Source: Squalus acanthias (taxonomy: Eukaryota). Taken from it: 64,000 nucleotides of DNA. The stretch lies in contig JASTWF010000033.1 of NCBI GenBank assembly GCA_030390025.1, positions 436,001-500,000 on the forward strand, given 5' to 3'. Both the position numbers and the translations under genes were made by a program. This document shows, piece after piece, positions 61,240 to 64,000 of this stretch. Each line of letters opens with the position of its first letter. The stretch's first letter is position 1. Below the pieces are notes generated by a model that ran no database searches, was not told the DNA's origin, and saw only the letters and a list, made by a program, of their open reading frames with translations.

Positions 61240-61790
61240 GGACGCAGGAACCAAACTCGGCCGTTCAGCCCCTCCAGCCTGTTCCACCATTCAATAGAGC
61301 AGCTCAACCTCATTTACCCGCCTTTGATCCAGACCACATGATATTCTTACCAAAATCGATCAATCTCAGTCTTGAAATTATCAGTTGGCCCAACATCCAC
61401 AGCACTGTGAGGAGCGGGGTCCATATTCCTACTATCATTTCTGTGAAAAAGTGCCTCATAAGATCACTCCGACACGGCCGAGCTATAATTTTAATACCGT
61501 GCCTTCTTGTTCGGGATTCCCTTATCAGTGGAAATACTTTCCCTTTATCTAGCCTGTCCAATCATTGAATCATCTCTCGATTAGATCACCACTGAAATTT
61601 CTCAACCCAAAGGAATGCAAGGTTTATACAGCATGTATTTATAATTTAACCCTTTAAGCCCCAGTTATAATCTGTCGAGTCTGCTCTGCACCCACTCAAA
61701 TGCCAATATATAATTCCCGATGTTCAGTGTCCAAACCTGAAGGTAGTAATGCAGGTGGGGTCTGACCAAGGCTCGTTGCACTGTTTCATG
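61240..61790 (-). mobile_element. Old CR1 3' fragment
   Basis: Peptide DRLDKGKVFPL...RTRRHG...RHFFT. Confidence 0.7.
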
Positions 61791-62541
61791 GTATGCTCCC
61801 TAGTATAACCTCCCGTTTATTATTGATTTATTTCAGTTTAATTAGGATATCTTGTAATAAATCTTCAGTGGTTTATTGTTTTTTTGTTCCATTATGTCGC
61901 CCGTATTTTGCGTCGCCCACGCGTGCATAGCTAGTGCGCACGCGCCCGGAGGGACCTGACAATTTCCGGTTAAGGCATACGAAGCGCATGAGCTGAAATT
62001 TGGCACATGAGCTCTGTCGAGAATCATATTGACAGATCCTCCGCATGCGCAGGAGAGGTGGGAAACCGAACATTTTTAGCTGTGAAAGTGAACAAGGTTC
62101 TTTTTACAAAACCTGATGTAAGTTTTTAAACAACTTTAGTTTGTTAAATATTTCATTGGTTTTAGATCTGGTTTTGAGAAGTGAAGGTAATTTAACGAGC
62201 AACTCTCGGTGTGGGCAAGGATTTCATTTTTTTAAATTTGAAAATGATTCTTCAAAAATGATTTATTTCACATTTACTAATGTTAAAGATAATTATGCCA
62301 GAATATAGGAATTACTTATGTCTGACATTGTGAAAACGTTACATGTCTCAGAAATTTATTTCTGGTGGTGATATTCATCAGGCGGGTATGACGGGTGCCC
62401 GATCCGATACCGGCCGTTTCCCACAACAGCCGGACATCAATTTCTACCCGCTCACTTTATTAAAATGTCTTTTACAACTCTTTCAATTTTTTCCCTAAAT
62501 GCACTTCATCTGTTTAAAGAGGAAGTCTGTGAGGGAGAAAC

Positions 62542-63692
62542 ATGCCTCTTGACGATGTTGCCCAGATCCTCGGTGTGATTCTATAAAATATCAAAGCGAA
62601 AACACCAGGGAACAACAACGAAGACTGATCAACTATCAGCGTCGCCTGATCAGGAGGAACTACCACCCACCCCAGAGAGTGTACAGGGAGAGGTTGTGTT
62701 TTGAGATGCTGTCGGAGTAGTTGTGTGTGAGGACGTTGCGCTTCAGTAAAAAGGCAATCGGCCGACTATGTGACATGTTAAATGATGACCTGCAAACACG
62801 CTCGAAGACCCGCACTGCATTGTCAGTGTCTATCAAGGTAACCACAGCGCTGAACTTCTTTGCATGCGGTTCATTTCAGGCAGGCACCGTTGACATTTCA
62901 ATCTTCACCCAGACTGCTGCTGCGAGGGCCTGCATTCACCAGGTCACAGATGCAATTTTCCATAGGGCGTCAGAGTTCATAGACTTCGACTTGTCCACTC
63001 GGCAGCAAAAGGAGAGACCCTTGGATTTTATAGGATTGCTGGATTGCCCAAAGTGATTGGGGCCGTCGATGGAACCCATGTTGCATTGAAGGTACCAATT
63101 GATGCACCTGTGACATACATCAGCAGGAATTGGTATCATTCATTAAAGGTTATGATAGTCTGTGATGCAACTCAGGATCCTACACGTGAATGCAGATCTC
63201 CGGGGAAGTGTTCATGACTCCTTCGTCTTCCATCACTCGGACTTATATGGCGCCCTCAGCACATTGCCTCCAGGATCCGCATGGATATTGGGCGAAAAGG
63301 GCGGCCCGCTAAAACAATGGATGATGACACCATACCGTAGGACCAATGACGAGCCTCATGTGAGATACAACCGGGCACACCTGTCCACACAGCAAGTGGT
63401 GGAGAGGAGAATCGGGCTACTGGAATCACGCTTCCGGTGCCTGGACAGGTCAGGGGGAAATTTGCAGTACCCTCCTCTGAAATTGTCAAGGATTGTGGTG
63501 GCCTGTTGCACTTTGCACAACTTTGCCCTGCGGGAAGTACTGACCCTTAACCCTGCAGAGGAACTCACTGCTGAAATGGAGAACATGGGCGATGCCAATG
63601 TACCTGTGGCCAGGCCTGATGGGGAGGAGCCAAGTGCTGCCGAAAGTAAAGGTGCTGGGAAACTGTTAGCAGCGAACACGTTTACGAGGTGA
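62542..63692 (+). pseudogene. HARBI1-like Harbinger transposase pseudogene
   Basis: RFSK...VTTALNFFACGSFQ, GAVDGTH, GSVHD, WMMTP, VERRIGLLESRFRCLD and CCTLHN, with stops and frameshifts. Confidence 0.9.
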
Positions 63693-64000
63693 TGAGAGTG
63701 TCGGCTTTTACCTCCCCCTCCCCAGCAAGGCACAGCAAAGTACACACACCATTTAAAGTGAAACAGTGAACCTTTATTGCAGCAACAAAGACTTTGGATG
63801 TACTTTTTTGATGTTCTTAGTGTTTAAATACAACTTGATTCCTAGATTTTTTCGACTTTGTAAACATTTCCAAAGAAAAATTGATTGATCAAAAAATGTA
63901 ACCAATTTCAAGTGACGTTTTGTGTTTCTTAGCGCAATAAACACATTCAAGTTGCAAACTAGCTTTTTCTTCTTTTTAGGCAGTTGTAATGTTGTAAGTT

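Overview
Eukaryotic, repeat-dominated vertebrate DNA, most likely from a cartilaginous fish (inferred from an HE1/V-SINE-like SINE, CR1 LINEs with an SGNH-esterase ORF1, and a two-exon GPR139-like GPCR). Bases ~1-34.5 kb are a decayed tRNA gene cluster with more than 20 Leu/Phe/Ile/Val/Lys/Trp/Pro/Gln/Glu-derived copies, none clearly intact. The cluster was built by tandem (6255 bp period) and inverted duplication and then invaded by CR1, L2, Penelope-like and Harbinger elements. Bases ~38.5-57.8 kb are one GPR139-like gene with a single 1-bp frameshift, whose 18.3 kb intron is filled with nested LINEs and satellites. The right end holds a C2H2 zinc-finger remnant split by a MITE and a decayed Harbinger transposase. 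I see no prokaryotic system or CRISPR array and cannot support a wholly new biological system. The most notable items are minimal hammerhead-ribozyme motifs in Penelope-like fragments, anticodon changes and an intron-position insertion in tRNA copies, a twin-priming-like CR1 inversion, and a young CR1 one base from an intact ORF2. All family names come from motif recognition, not from searches, and the boundaries of decayed repeats are approximate.
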